Source: Octopus sinensis
Lineage: Eukaryota
Assembly (NCBI RefSeq): GCF_006345805.1
Contig: NC_043001.1
Coordinates: 79,484,001 to 79,548,000 of the forward strand
Length of the DNA stretch: 64,000 nucleotides
Reading direction: 5' to 3'
The first letter of the stretch is position 1. Every line of letters starts with the position of its first letter. This document shows positions 51,381 through 64,000 of this stretch, piece after piece. The position numbers and the translations under genes were made by a program. The notes beneath the pieces were generated by a model. It saw only the letters and a list, made by a program, of their open reading frames with translations. It ran no database searches and had not been told where the DNA came from.

Positions 51381-51767
51381 TGTCCGAGAATGGATTATGA
51401 TTCAGAAAATTCTGATTCATAAGCAGCGTCTTTAAAAATGAGGGAAAATATTTCTAAATTTTGCCAGAGTTTTTTATTGTTTCGTCTTCATACTTTTGTT
51501 CTGTGTGTTAATATACTTCCGTGATTGCATGTAAGGCATCAAAAGGTGGGTACTTGATATGTCTGAATTTGAAGAAGATCTGAATAAGGAAATATCTTAA
51601 CTAGGTCGACCAGGGAACGAACCCAAACAGCAAAAGAACAGACATTTAAATACGCTGATTAACATTCAACAGCTTGAGCGGAGTATGTATATGTTGCGTT
51701 GTTTCGTAGCAAGAGAATTATGAGGGTGATACTATGAGGAACGGTTCTGTTACTGCTGAGAATTGCA

Positions 51768-51935
<168 letters not shown>

Positions 51936-51939
51936 ACTA

Positions 51940-53241
51940 CGAGGGACGTTCAATAAGTAATGCTTCTGACCCACTTGCAGTTGTTTGATCTAGCTGAAAT
52001 TTGATCTAGTTTGATCTAGATTGCATGTGCAAACATTTATATCTCTATAGAGTAAGTGACAAATTACAGCTCTGAACTAATTGTGGTTTCTGATTTACAG
52101 GTGTTTGAACTGAGTCAAGTGTGAAATGGAGCCTGTTAAGTGTCGAGCAGTGATCCGGTTTTTGTATTTGAAAGGACGCACACCACGCGAGACTTTTGAT
52201 GAAATGAAAGTAACTTATGGTGATGATGCCCCATCATATGACCTTGTAAAACGCTGGGATCGTGAATTCAAACATGGTCGGAACTCTGTGGAAACAGCTC
52301 CCAGATCTGGTCGCCCCCTTCTGCCATTGATGAGGCATCTGTCCGTCAAGTTGATACTGCCATTTTGGAAGATCGACGAATAATTATTCGCCAAATAGCC
52401 CACAAGGTCAAGATTAGTACCGGGTCTGTGGAAACTATCATTCATGACCATTTGCATATACAAAAGGTGTCTGCCAGATGGATTCCCAGGTTGCTCACGC
52501 CTTTCCAGAAGCAAGAACGCGTCGAGTGCTCGAGGATGAATTTGGAGATGTGCCAAGAAGATGAGTCAAAATTTTTCAAAATACTGATTACACAGGATGA
52601 AACCTGGGTCCATCACGATGATCCAGAGACCAAAGCCCAGTCAATGCAGTGGAAGCACCGTGACTCACCCCCTCCAAAGAAGGCAAGGGTGCAGCCCTCC
52701 GCTGGCAAGGTCATGCTCACAGTTTTCTGGGACCAGGACGGAGTAGTGTTGACAGATTTCCTGGCAAAGGGTACCACAATTACAGGAGCCTATTATGCTT
52801 TACTTTTCAGGAAATTAAGAGAAGTTATCAAAATCAAGAGGCGGGGCAAGATCAGCAAAGGCATCCTCCTCCTGCAGGACAACGCTCCGGTCCACAACTC
52901 GCTTGTCGCCAGATCTGAAGCACAGGCGTATGGCTATGAACTCATCCCCCATCCCCCCTACTTTCCTGACCTTGCACCCTCTGATTTTCACATCTTCCCA
53001 GTCATGAAGTTGTTTTTGAAAGGAAAGCGTTTCCCAGATGATGCAGCCTTGATTTCTGAAGTCACGTTCAGGTTGGAGGACCAAGCTGGGGTCTTCTACA
53101 AAAACGGTCTCCAGAGCTGCATCAAACGATGGTAGAAATGCGTAACTCTGGGTTGTTCCTATGCAGAAAAAGACTAATAACTGTGCCAAGTTTCGTTGCT
53201 CTACTGCTATAGGAAGTGGGTCAGGGGCATTACGCCCCTCG
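51940..53241 (+). mobile_element. Near full-length mariner (DD34D) transposon with TA TSDs
   Basis: TA-cgagggacgttcaataagtaatgcttctgacccactt ... aagtgggtcaggggcattac[9-bp deletion]gcccctcg-TA. Confidence 0.95.
52126..53177 (+). pseudogene. Mariner transposase (frameshift ~52320, premature TAG 53133-53135)
   Basis: HTH RAVIRFL; WIPRLLT; TQDETW, QDNAPVH and PDLAPSD with 34 residues between the second and third D. Confidence 0.93.
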
Positions 53242-53243
53242 TA

Positions 53244-53252
53244 TTATTATTA

Positions 53253-53336
<84 letters not shown>

Positions 53337-54195
53337 CTTCGTAACACAATATAGGTAAAAATATACCGGAGTCTTTAGTCATCTGTAAAGTCACAACAAG
53401 TTCCTCAGAGATATAATACTTTCCTTAAAATGTGCACTGTGCCCAATAAGGCTGCTTTTTGCAAGACACTAATCTTGTATGGGATTTCCAGTTGCTTTAA
53501 GAAGTCTGGAAGTTTCAATGAAATTGAGCCCAAGGCTCAGATCACTACTGGTATCACTTTTACATTACCCTCTCGCATTCCATACAGTTTTGCCATTTCC
53601 ACTGTCAATTCGGAGTACTTGGTGATTATTTCAACCTCTTTACTCACAACACCTATGTCATTTAGTATAGCTACATCAATGTTGTAACAGTATTGATTTC
53701 TCTTATTCAATATGACAATATCCGGCCGATGGTGTTCGATTACACGATCCGTCTGAAAATCATACTCCCAGAGTATCGTTACTTTTCCATCCTCCTGCAT
53801 AAATTTACTTGGTACATGCTCAGACAAGTTCTCTGTTACTTCATATTGGTATTTACAGCATAAGAGCCAATGAAGATATACACACACTTCATCATGCCGG
53901 CGCTTGTATTCTTTTTGTGCAAGGCTCTCACGTCCATTTACCAAGTGGGTCACATTTTCCACAGTCTTTCCAGTGTCTGCATTCTGGGTGTCTTAAGTTT
54001 TATAGATGTTATACTTCACTGAATTGGCAGCGAGAGCCTGATATGGTGCAGCAACGATTAGGCTTTCGGTGGTACAATTCAAAACACCTCGCTCAAGCCA
54101 TACCCACGATGCTCTATTATCCTTAACATTTTGTGTATTCCTTTCAAACTCTGCGTTCTCATTTCATTTATTGCAACAACGAAATTAAATGCACG
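53244..54195 (-). mobile_element. R4/Dong-like RLE LINE, 5'-truncated, (AAT)n tail
   Basis: SWVWLERGVLNCTTESLIVAA..QALAAN; LAQKEYKRRHDEV; DRVIEHHRPDIVI..NIDVAI..EIITKYSEL; LQKAALLGTVHILRKVL*. Confidence 0.85.
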
Positions 54196-54294
54196 ATAAA
54201 ACAAAATTATTATTACTAATATTATCATTATCGTTATCATTATTATTACTATTATTATTATTATTATTATTATATTATTATTATTATTATTATT

Positions 54295-54447
54295 TCACCA
54301 CCGGGGTCGACTTTTCCTTTTATCCTTTTGGGATCAATTAAAATAATTACCTGTTACGTACTGCTGTCAATGTAATCGAAAAAACCTTCCCCCACAATTC
54401 CAGGTCTTGTGACTATAGTAGTAAGGATTATTATCATTATTATTATG
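54295..54447 (+). mobile_element. OR2-like SINE 3' half with (ATT) tail
   Basis: ggggtcgacttttccttttatccttttgggatcaattaaaataattacc...gtcttgtgactatagtagtaagga(tta)n. Confidence 0.7.
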
Positions 54448-55207
54448 GCAGGGACGTGTTCCACTCGTCAAACGGTCAATCAGCTGTCAGCAGCCGCTGA
54501 GGCTGCAACATCTCTGGCATTTCCTTAACTGCGAGCAGGTGTGGTCGCTGTTCGTCTCATTGATGGAGTTACAGTCCTAGGTCAAGCGTAGACCAGGAAA
54601 GAGCGCTTGGAATTTGGAGTGTCGGCAAGCGCTCATAACCTCCTGCCAGTCGGGCAGTGCTGTCGGTGGACGTACCACCATGGAGTTCTACAGAGGATTA
54701 GTAGACGGAAAGAGCGATGACGTACTCGGGGAATCTCTGGGCGTCGAGGAGGATCAACAAACTGGTCTTTTCCGGAGAACTTTCGGGCCAGAGCCTATGG
54801 ATAACTTGCAAAAATCCCTTGCCTGGCAACGCTACCTGAGAGATCCATCGGTTCGAGACAATCTCTACAGACACGGAAGTAGTGTCAGACGGACCCTTCC
54901 GAGGTGTGCGCATGGCGATGAAACCATCCTGCAAGCATTCGTCAAGTGTCCGTGCATTACTGACCTGTGATGCTTTGTCGAAGAGCTGCTACCACGAGTA
55001 GGACGGATCCGGTTATCAACTGAGTCTATTGTGAAGATCACCCCGCTGCCTTATTTTTGCTGGAGGAGAAAGGCAGTATTCTTCTGCATGATGGGTATTG
55101 TTTTTTAAATTGTTTACACGTTTTCTATTTTAAACCCCACTTGTCCCTTGTTGTTTGTATTGTCCTTATATGTTTTTGTGGTCGGCCCTTGTGACCAATT
55201 AAGAAAG

Positions 55208-55210
<3 letters not shown>
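54448..55210 (+). mobile_element. Tx1/L1-clade LINE 3' fragment (zf-RVT-like region)
   Basis: FGPEPMDNLQKSLAWQRY...VRDNLYRHG..V..T.PRCAHGDETILQAFVKCP..TDL, resembling CPRC..ET..H...CP; 3' UTR ends gaccaattaagaaag(att)n. Confidence 0.7.
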
Positions 55211-55269
<59 letters not shown>

Positions 55270-55299
55270 TTATTATTATTGTTATTATTATTATCATTA

Positions 55300-55330
<31 letters not shown>

Positions 55331-55344
55331 CATCATCATTATTA

Positions 55345-55406
<62 letters not shown>

Positions 55407-56250
55407 AATAATAATATGACAATGGTGCTATTTGTGTTGGTAGTTGAGCTTGCAGTAGTGGTTGGTCGTAGTGATGGTAGTGCTGGTGGTGTATGTGGTA
55501 GTTGCGTGGTTATGGTTGTTGTTGTTGTTGTGGTAGTGCTGGAGGTGGTGGTTGTGACAGTGGGGATGTTGATGTGGGGGTATGTTATTGTGAACGTGTA
55601 GCCTTGGTGGCTACTGATGATGCAGATGATCCCAGTGAAAATGAAAACGACGATAATGCTCACGACTATAATGGTGATGGCACTGAACAGGGTAGTGGTA
55701 GTGGGGGAGCTGGTGGTGGCGGTGATGCTAGTGGTGGTGATTTTGGTGCTTGTGGTGGTGGTTTAGTGTTGATATTGATGATGGTGATAATTGTGGTTTA
55801 TTGTTGGTGGCGATAGTGGCTTAGAGTTGGTGTTGTTGTTGTTGGTGGTGGTGGCAGTGGTGGTATTGGTGATGTTGGTGGTGGTGGTGGTGGTGGCGAT
55901 GTTGGTGGTGCTGGTGGTGGAGGTTCTTGTGGTGGCGGCTTAGTGTTGGTGTTGGGGTGGGCGTGGGGAAGGTGGTGATGGTGATGATAGTGGTGGTGGT
56001 GGTGGTGGTATTCGTGGTGATGGTGGTGGTGGTGGCGTTGGCTTAGTGTCGGTGGTGCTGTCGTCATGGTAATGATAACTTTAAGAATAATATAGATGCG
56101 AACGGTGGTGATAGTGACGGACGTGCCGACGACAGCGGTGACAGAGGTAATGATAATGTTGATAATAATGATGATAATGATGAGGATGACAAAGGGACTG
56201 TGTGTGGTGGGGAGGGCTCAACAGGGGTTTCATGTGATAGAAATGGTGGC
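55211..56250. repeat. (ATT)n followed by a degenerate (GGT)n/(GAT)n mosaic
   Basis: Seen directly; source of the poly-Y, poly-H and poly-P pseudo-ORFs. Confidence 0.9.
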
Positions 56251-56647
56251 TGTTAAAATTCATGGGGGCCTTTCTTCATTGACAGCTGTTTTGTAAAACA
56301 ATCTTTCCCAGGATCCCGTTCCCACAGTTCTATAACGCTTTGTTCTCTGGCTTGTCATCTTGATTTAAACAAATGGAAACACGCACACGCGCATGCGCGC
56401 GCGCGTGTGTGTATGTGTGCGTGTGAATACATGTATCATTATGTTTGCAGATATATCTATTTCATTACTTGTGCTTATTTTCTTTGTACCTTTGTACATT
56501 CATGTATGCCCGTGTATGTATATCTATCTGTTTGTCTGTCTGTCTTTCCATAGATCTATCTATCTAGTTATCCATCTATCTATCTGTCAATTATCATTCT
56601 CTCCCTCTCTTTCTCTCTTTATATATAAATATGTGTGTGTGTGTGTG

Positions 56648-56680
<33 letters not shown>

Positions 56681-56744
56681 ATATATATATATGTAATGTA
56701 TATATATATACATATATGTACATACATATATACATATATATATA

Positions 56745-56814
<70 letters not shown>

Positions 56815-56879
56815 TGTATGTATATATGCATATATATATGTATTACATATATATGTATATATATATATATATATATTAT

Positions 56880-57340
56880 GTCAGGTCACTTTCGAGTGCT
56901 ACTGGTAACATGTAACCCAGTACAACCTGTTACATATTCGGGTCGTCGGCAACTAAACCGGCGACCCCACCAAGCTTGCTTGTTGAGGAGGGTGTTTATT
57001 GGACCCCCTGCGGGATGAAATACAAAACCCGCCAAAGGGCGGAGGAACTCTTGACAGTCAACGACCATCCGATAAATATCTTAAGGCTGTATCATGCGCG
57101 GGGACATAGAAATAATCGGACTGAATACTCGATCGCACGGTTAAACCTAGGAATTCTAGCCTTTGTTAGAGCATCCTTCTAGGAGATGGTAATTCATGTA
57201 ACTGGGATAACTCCGACATAAAACCTGCGGCTCAGTGGTTACCGATGATGACTTGTTCTTCTTTTCGGATTATGGCTGCTGTTGCTTAGTGAGGGCACAG
57301 CCTTTCCTCACTTTAAAAAAATCTTCTTGCACAGGCATTG
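56880..57340 (+). mobile_element. RTE-like LINE 5' leader fragment
   Basis: GC-rich, multi-hairpin segment with aaacccgccaaagggcggaggaac and cttctaggagatggtaattc, recalled as RTE 5' UTR-like motifs; no convincing ORF. Confidence 0.5.
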
Positions 57341-57469
57341 CACTATAATAACATTGATTAAGCTTCGTGCAATGGCCATGCTCGATAACGAGGGGGGCAA
57401 CCACCATATATATATATATATATATATTTGTGTGTATATATATATATATATATATATAGAAACCAGATG

Positions 57470-57659
57470 TGAATCGTGGGCGATTTTCTTCTTCCTCCGT
57501 CTTCCTTTCTATTGGACTTTCTTTTGTTTCTGAAGAAGACCGTTGCTCGAAGCGTTAAACCAACCTTCATCTCTTCTCTGAGCGTCTGCAAATACCTTAC
57601 ATGTACCATGTCTTCACGTTGATGTGTTGTATTTTTTGTGTTTGTTCTTGTTGTTTTGG

Positions 57660-57662
<3 letters not shown>
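57470..57662 (+). mobile_element. PLE pLTR with degenerate hammerhead
   Basis: ctgaagaagaccgttgctcgaagcgtt; homologous to 38045-38240. Confidence 0.7.
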
Positions 57663-57704
<42 letters not shown>

Positions 57705-57705
<1 letters not shown>

Positions 57706-57973
57706 TCTTTACTCTTTCACTCTTCTATTTGTTTCAGTCATTTGACTGTGGCCATGCTGGAGTACCTCCTTTAGTCCAGCAAATCGACCCCAGAACTTAT
57801 TCTTTGTAAGCCTAGTACTTATTCTATCGGTCTCTTAGGTCTCACCGCTAAGTGACGTGGACGTAAACACACTAGCATCGGTTGTCAAACGATGTTGGGT
57901 GGACAAACACTACGCACATGCATATATACACACACACACTCACACACACACAGACACACACACACACACACAG

Positions 57974-58027
<54 letters not shown>

Positions 58028-58190
58028 CGAAGGGCTTCTTTCAGTTTCCGTGTAACAATTCCACTCACAAGGCTTTGGTCGCTCCGCGGCTATAGTAGAA
58101 GACACTTGCCCAAGGTGCCACGCAGTGGGACTGGATCCGTAACCATGTCGTTTGTAAGCAAGCTACTTACCACATACCCACTCCTATATA
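57705..58190 (-). mobile_element. Full-length dominant-family SINE (best reference copy)
   Basis: Tail, body, internal (CA)n(TA)n and tRNA-like head all present. Confidence 0.9.
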
Positions 58191-58213
58191 TGTATATATA
58201 TACATAGTATCGA

Positions 58214-58432
58214 TATAAGCTTAAAGCTTATAGCGATCACTATGCAATGACTAACGATAATAGTCTAACAATGGGGCAATAAGCACTCGACAGAAAAAAA
58301 ATAGGCTTTCCCACACGGATGCGAAAGCCTAGATCCATGTGGGAAAGCCTACTTTTTTTCTGTCGTGGGCCCCATTGTTACACTATTTTCTTTAGTCATT
58401 GTACGGTAATCGCTATAAGCATAAATCTTATA
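58214..58432. repeat. Foldback inverted repeat (~100-bp arms, 12-nt loop)
   Basis: tataag..gcttatagcgat..aatgactaa..taacaatggggc..cgacagaaaaaaa.taggctttcccaca.ggat / loop gcgaaagcctag / reverse-complement arm. Confidence 0.85.
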
Positions 58433-58599
58433 TAAATACCATTATTAGTATTATTTACAGGATTGTAAAACTAGGCACCGTATAAGAGAACCATTCGCGC
58501 AAACTCACACATATATATGTGTGTGTATATATATATAGAGAGAGAGAGATAGATAGAGATATATAACAATATATGTAAATATATATATATGTATATATA

Positions 58600-58665
<66 letters not shown>

Positions 58666-58695
58666 TATATATATATATAATATATATATATATAG

Positions 58696-58727
<32 letters not shown>

Positions 58728-59359
58728 GCATACTTTGTATATGTATGTCTATGTGCATTAAAATACAATTGTCTATATATACACACAAATGCATGCATAC
58801 GTACGTTTGTATTTGTTACAATGCCAGAAAAGTGGAGCGCATCAAAAACATGTATATAAGTTTCTGTGTGCGCGCGTGCGTTTAAATGTGCGTACATATA
58901 TATACACACACGAATGGGTGAATGAGTGTGTGTGTATTTATAAACCAAATACATTAGTTCCGCTATTCCTCACCTCGGCCTAAAACTCTTAGCTCCAGCA
59001 GACATTCTTACACCACTGACCTTATTTGAATAATGGTAATTTATTCTTTGTTACAATTTATAGGGGAAACAAAGTAGAGACGAAAGGAAACCAAAATTAG
59101 ATAAGCGACTTTAAGAATACTTTATTCTTGTGATCTGACCTTTTGCAATTGCCTAATATAAAACGACTTACAGACAATATGGCGTACATTTAGACGGAAG
59201 GGATTCTGGGATAATTTCACTTTAAGATTCATAAACAATGGAAATGACCTTTTGACCTTAATGTCTCTGATGTTCGTCTCCATTTAGCTGTCTGACCTAT
59301 TTAGCTATACATACATCATACATACATACATACATACATACATACATACATACATACAT

Positions 59360-59390
<31 letters not shown>

Positions 59391-59461
59391 AACATAAATA
59401 CATATATATATATATATATATATAATATATATATATATATGTATGTATGTATGCATGTATA

Positions 59462-59617
59462 TGAGTGGCTAGGTTGCACGTAGCTTGCTTACCAACCACA
59501 ATGTTCGGGTTCAGTCCTACTGCGTGGCACCTTGGGCAAGTGTCTTCTACAATAGCCTCGGGCCGGCCAAAATGTTGGGAGTGGATTTGGTAGACAGAAA
59601 CTGAAAGATGCCATTCC

Positions 59618-59648
<31 letters not shown>

Positions 59649-59870
59649 TTGTGTATGTGTGTGTGTGTGTGTGTGTGTTTGTGTGTTTGACAAACGATGC
59701 TGATATGTTTACGTCCACTTACCTTAGCGGTTCGGCAACAGAGACTGATAGAATAAGTACTAGGCTTGCAAAAGAACAAGTCTTGGTGTCGATTTCCTCG
59801 ACTCAAGGCGTTGCTGCAGCATAGCCGTAGGCGAATGACTGAAACAAATCATAGAATAAAAGGATATATA
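59462..59870 (+). mobile_element. Full-length dominant-family SINE
   Basis: gggttcagtcctactgcgtggcaccttgggcaagtgtc head; internal (TA)n(TG)n; tail gaatgactgaaacaaat. Confidence 0.85.
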
Positions 59871-59928
59871 TATATCCAAATTGATATGGTAGCATATTGG
59901 CATACATGCATATCTGTCTATATATATA

Positions 59929-61162
59929 TAGGAGTTGGGCAAAATAATGGAAACATCTTAAAATTTTATACAAATTTGTTTTAATATGGAGTAGGACCGC
60001 CTTTGACAGTAATTACAGCTTGAATTCTGTGAGGTATGAACTTGTACGATGTTTGAATTGTTTCCAAAGGAATTTCTGTCGATTATTCAGCTAAAACATA
60101 CTCCACTTCTTGCACAGATGATGGTGGAGGATATCAACCCCTTAATTGTTTTTCTAAAATGCACCATAAATGTTCATTAATATTGAGATCTGGGAACTGT
60201 GGTGGCCAAATAAGATGTTCAACTTCACTAGAATATTTCTCGTGCCACTCAGTAACACATTTAGCTATGTGAATTGGTGCATTATCATCCTGAAAGATTG
60301 GGTTTGCCTCCGGATCGGATAAAATGCTTAGTCTTGACTATTAATTCTGCCATGAGGAGAAACCACTAGGCCAGCGAATTTCCAAGATATAGCTCCCCAG
60401 ACCATCACAGATCCTCCTCCATGGTTAACAGCTGGAAGAAGGTAGTCTGAGTCAAATGCTTCTTTTGGCTGTCTCCACATGTATATTTGGCCGGTGGTCA
60501 GAAATAATGTAAAGGATGACTCGTCCGAGAAAATAAAATTCTTCCACTACTCTAGGAATCAATTCTGTGGGTTTTTACTCTACTTTAAACGCTTTGCAAC
60601 ATTTGTTTTTGAAAGTGGTGGTTTTCTGATTGCAGCCCTCCCGTGAAATCCGGATTTTTGCAGCTCCAGGCGAAATGTTTTTGTGGAAACTGGGTTCTCA
60701 ATATGGTCGTTAAGATCTGCAGTAATTTGGGGATCTGTACTTTTGTGATCCTTTCTAACAATTTGCGTAAGAGTCCGACCCTCCTATCTGAAAGTTTTGG
60801 TTGTCTTCCGGACTTTGTCTCGATGAGGAGGTTTTTCTCTCTTTCTCAAAGGCTGTCATTACTTTCGAGACAGTACTTCTTGATACACCAAATATTTCGG
60901 GGATTATCGTGACGCTAGCGCCTGCCATACGAGCACCAACAATTTGAGGTTTCTGGAAGTCCGATAGATCTGTCATTTTAATAAATTTTAATTACCTTCT
61001 GATGGCATCTGAAAAGTAACATCAATTTTAGCGAAATATATTGAGCAGCACTAATAATAAATCCAAAAATATAAAAATAAACAAGGTTTTGGCAGTTTTA
61101 GAGATACTTCAAAATTATGGTGGTACGATACCCGGTGTTTCCATTATTTTGTCCAACCCCTG
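59929..61162 (-). mobile_element. Full-length degenerate Tc1-like transposon with DD36E spacing
   Basis: TIRs taggagttgggcaaaataatggaaacat / gtgtttccattattttgtccaacccctg with TA flanks; MTDLSDFQ..QIVGARMAGASV HTH; FSDESSF; FQDDNAP...PDLNINE has 36 residues between D and E. Confidence 0.9.
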
Positions 61163-61289
61163 TATATCTTTCTCTTTGTCTCTCTTTAAACACACACACA
61201 CACACACACACGCCATACACACACAAATATACACAGCACACACACGTGCACATACTCCGCACACACATTTATATATATATGCCTAGACA

Positions 61290-61298
61290 TTGAATTGC

Positions 61299-61347
<49 letters not shown>

Positions 61348-61395
61348 ATATACAGATATACATACACACACACAAGTATATATGTATTGTATATG

Positions 61396-61474
<79 letters not shown>

Positions 61475-61508
61475 TATACATACACACACACAAGTATATA
61501 TGTACATG

Positions 61509-61557
<49 letters not shown>

Positions 61558-61560
61558 CAT
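61290..61560. repeat. (TA)n block with internal duplication
   Basis: Seen directly; tacagatatacatacacacacacaagtatatatgta occurs twice. Confidence 0.9.
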
Positions 61561-62136
61561 ATCACTTGAGCCTACATGTGAGTATGTGTACGAGTGAGCG
61601 TGTGAGATTGCGATTGAGCGTGCATCTGTGTGCGCGTGCTGATGCGCGTGTGTTTGTGTATATAACATAAACAATATTGTTTCAAGTAAGTTTTAGAAAA
61701 TCATTAAAAATTTTAATTTTTAAGTTTAAAGCAGATCAATTAAAGCAGGTCAATTTCAGAAAATATATTCTGCTGGCGTTCTATTGTAATCAGTCAAAAT
61801 CGTCACCAGGTGACGCGTGAAGTCTTAGTCAAAACGATATTTATTATGTTTATGTATTCATGCGCAAATGCTCGCATGCATATGCTTCTATACCTGTTTA
61901 ATGTTGATTGTTGAAAGAAGGAGTACCCGATACATAGCAGCGATTGAGAATATTTTTTGGTTTGGTCATCTCAGACATTTCAAACACTGAGATTCGACTG
62001 CAAGTGCGCAGGCTCTTCAAGCAAGTTAACACTCTCGACCAACATACCCACACACACACACGCACACACTCTCACATATACACACACACGCAGGCACACA
62101 TACACACGTATGCACGGACAGACATACACATACAGG

Positions 62137-62168
<32 letters not shown>

Positions 62169-62329
62169 TGGCTGTGAATGTGTGATAAGGTGTATTCTTC
62201 AGAACAACTTGGTTCCGATTTGACTCCTACTGTGTGACACCTTAGGAGAGTCTCTTCTACAGCCCCTGGATATCGAAACCTGAGAGCGTGAATTTCGTTT
62301 TATTAAGTTTGTTTTTAGCTAATTTGTCG

Positions 62330-62575
62330 AGTCATGCAGACTCATAGGGGCCGGGTTGCCAGTTTCCATGGCGTGTAAATTCCCCGCCTAAACTGAGCGT
62401 GACGCCGGTCCGTCAGAAGATTACTCATTTTTGCCAGCTGACTGAAATGGAGCAACGTGAAATGATGTATTTTGCTCAAGGAAACAACACGACGCTCGTT
62501 CCAGGAATAGAAATCACAATCTTATGATCATGTGTCCAACACACTTACCACTAAGCCACGTGGCTATATTTCTGA
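62330..62575 (-). mobile_element. tRNA SINE with CORE/Deu-like central domain
   Basis: Reversed head gccacgtggcttagtggtaagtgtgttgg; ttgagcaaaatacatc...cgttgctccatttcagtcagctggcaaaaatgagta. Confidence 0.7.
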
Positions 62576-62669
62576 ATGGAATTCCGTCGTATGCCCATAT
62601 GGATGGACAGATATATGTGTGCGTGTGTGTAGAAAATGCCATACGGCAGGCTATAAAAATACACATACA

Positions 62670-63175
62670 ACTTAGGATAACACAAAGAAGAGGAAAGCAA
62701 GAAGAAGTCATACAATTCATAGTGACATACAACCAATGTCACCAGAATGTCTTCAACATCGCTAAAGCAGACCTAACAATCATTGCTCAGAATGATGAAT
62801 TAAAAGATATAATCACGGATCGGGCAATGGTTCTTAGTAAACTTGAAAAAAAAAATTATTATTAATAAAAGGCAAAGTTTCACCTTAGCAAAAAAGACCG
62901 ATCACTCACTGTATCTAAATGCAATGATATCCGCTGTGGCACATGCCAATTCATACATACTGGCCAATATATGAACACAAAACCCAGAAAAATATTCACA
63001 AACGCGCAAATATGAACTGCAAAAGCAGAAATTCAATTTACTGCATCAAATACCCGAATAGTGAAGAACTATATGTGGGTCAGACGGGAAATGCACTTTC
63101 AGAACGTTCACGTGTGTACAGACAGCGAATTAGAGACGTCAGATACCTTTGAGTAACCATCTAGCAACATGTGGT
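62670..63175 (+). mobile_element. Penelope-like GIY-YIG endonuclease fragment (second family)
   Basis: IQFIVTYNQCHQNVFNI; SKCNDIRCGTCQFI; NMNCKSRNSIYCIK....LYVGQTGNALSER...RQRI; frameshifted. Confidence 0.8.
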
Positions 63176-64000
63176 CGGAAAATGTTCCCACAGGCACACA
63201 CACACATACATGCGTGCATACACACACACACCCACAACCATATATATATGTATATATATTTAACTTTTCCTAGAACTTCTTATATTCCTTCTTGACCTTT
63301 AAGGGAAAAAATGCTTCTAGTGATGAACGCACCCCATCCATTTTCATTATTTTCCCATCCTATAAGAGGTCACCATCCTTGAACTCATGTCTCATGCCAG
63401 TAGCTATACGCTGGGAAAAAACTAATTAATTAAATAAATGGTAAAAGACATTCCAAACTGAAAAGAAATCCCTCCCCATCCCTCTCTCTACATATCTATC
63501 TGTCTGTCTATTTGTCTTTCCAGCTATCTATCTATCTATCTATCTCCATTGTCCATTGTCCTGGTATCTCACCTCCAAAATCATAAAAAGCAAAAACAAT
63601 GTTCTCTTCTAACCAACACAAAAAAATCACCTCATTTGTGTCAATGAACAAACTGTTTGCCCCTTCACAATTTTATTTGACAAATTCGAAAACGAACGAA
63701 AGCACTAATAATAATGACTAAATAAAAAAAGTTCTTTTTCCGAAATTCTGGCGACCACTTTTCTCAATATTCAATATCTGTACACCACTTCTAACACTCT
63801 ACATACATAAACACACACGCACACACACACTCACACACAGACACACGCACACACACACACACGCACACACACACACATACATGAAATACACTTTAATTAA
63901 AATTAAATATCTATAATTTCTGAACTATCTATCTATCTGTCTATCTATCTATCTTATAGTAATAAATGCCTAAACGAATTTTTGGGTGTCAGTGTTTCAC

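Overview
AT-rich, microsatellite-dense eukaryotic DNA. The repeat families (tRNA-headed SINEs resembling the octopus OK/OR types) and the (TA)n/(CATA)n/(ATT)n load point to a cephalopod, most likely Octopus; this is an inference. No host protein-coding gene can be supported. Nearly all long ORFs in the track are either microsatellite translations or transposon remnants. The window holds a nearly intact CR1-clade LINE ORF2 (40153-43161, one frameshift) and a near-complete DD34D mariner (51940-53241). It also has a TIR-bounded Tc1-like element with DD36E spacing (59929-61162), other Tc1, mariner and maT remnants, and hAT and Helitron-like MITEs. Retroelement fragments include six R4/Dong-like RLE pieces, Tx1/L1, RTE and Penelope-like (PLE) elements, plus more than 20 SINE copies. 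The most interesting signals are RNA-structural. (i) Several hammerhead-ribozyme motifs lie in PLE-type termini, including a well-formed one at 26425-26523(-). (ii) The CR1 LINE and the dominant SINE share a 3' tail whose stem-loop shows compensatory substitutions, suggesting a LINE-SINE partnership. (iii) A set of retroelements sits in (AAT)n tracts. (iv) There is a ~220-bp foldback hairpin and a highly structured RTE-like 5' leader. Most boundaries were read by eye and are approximate unless TIRs or TSDs are quoted.
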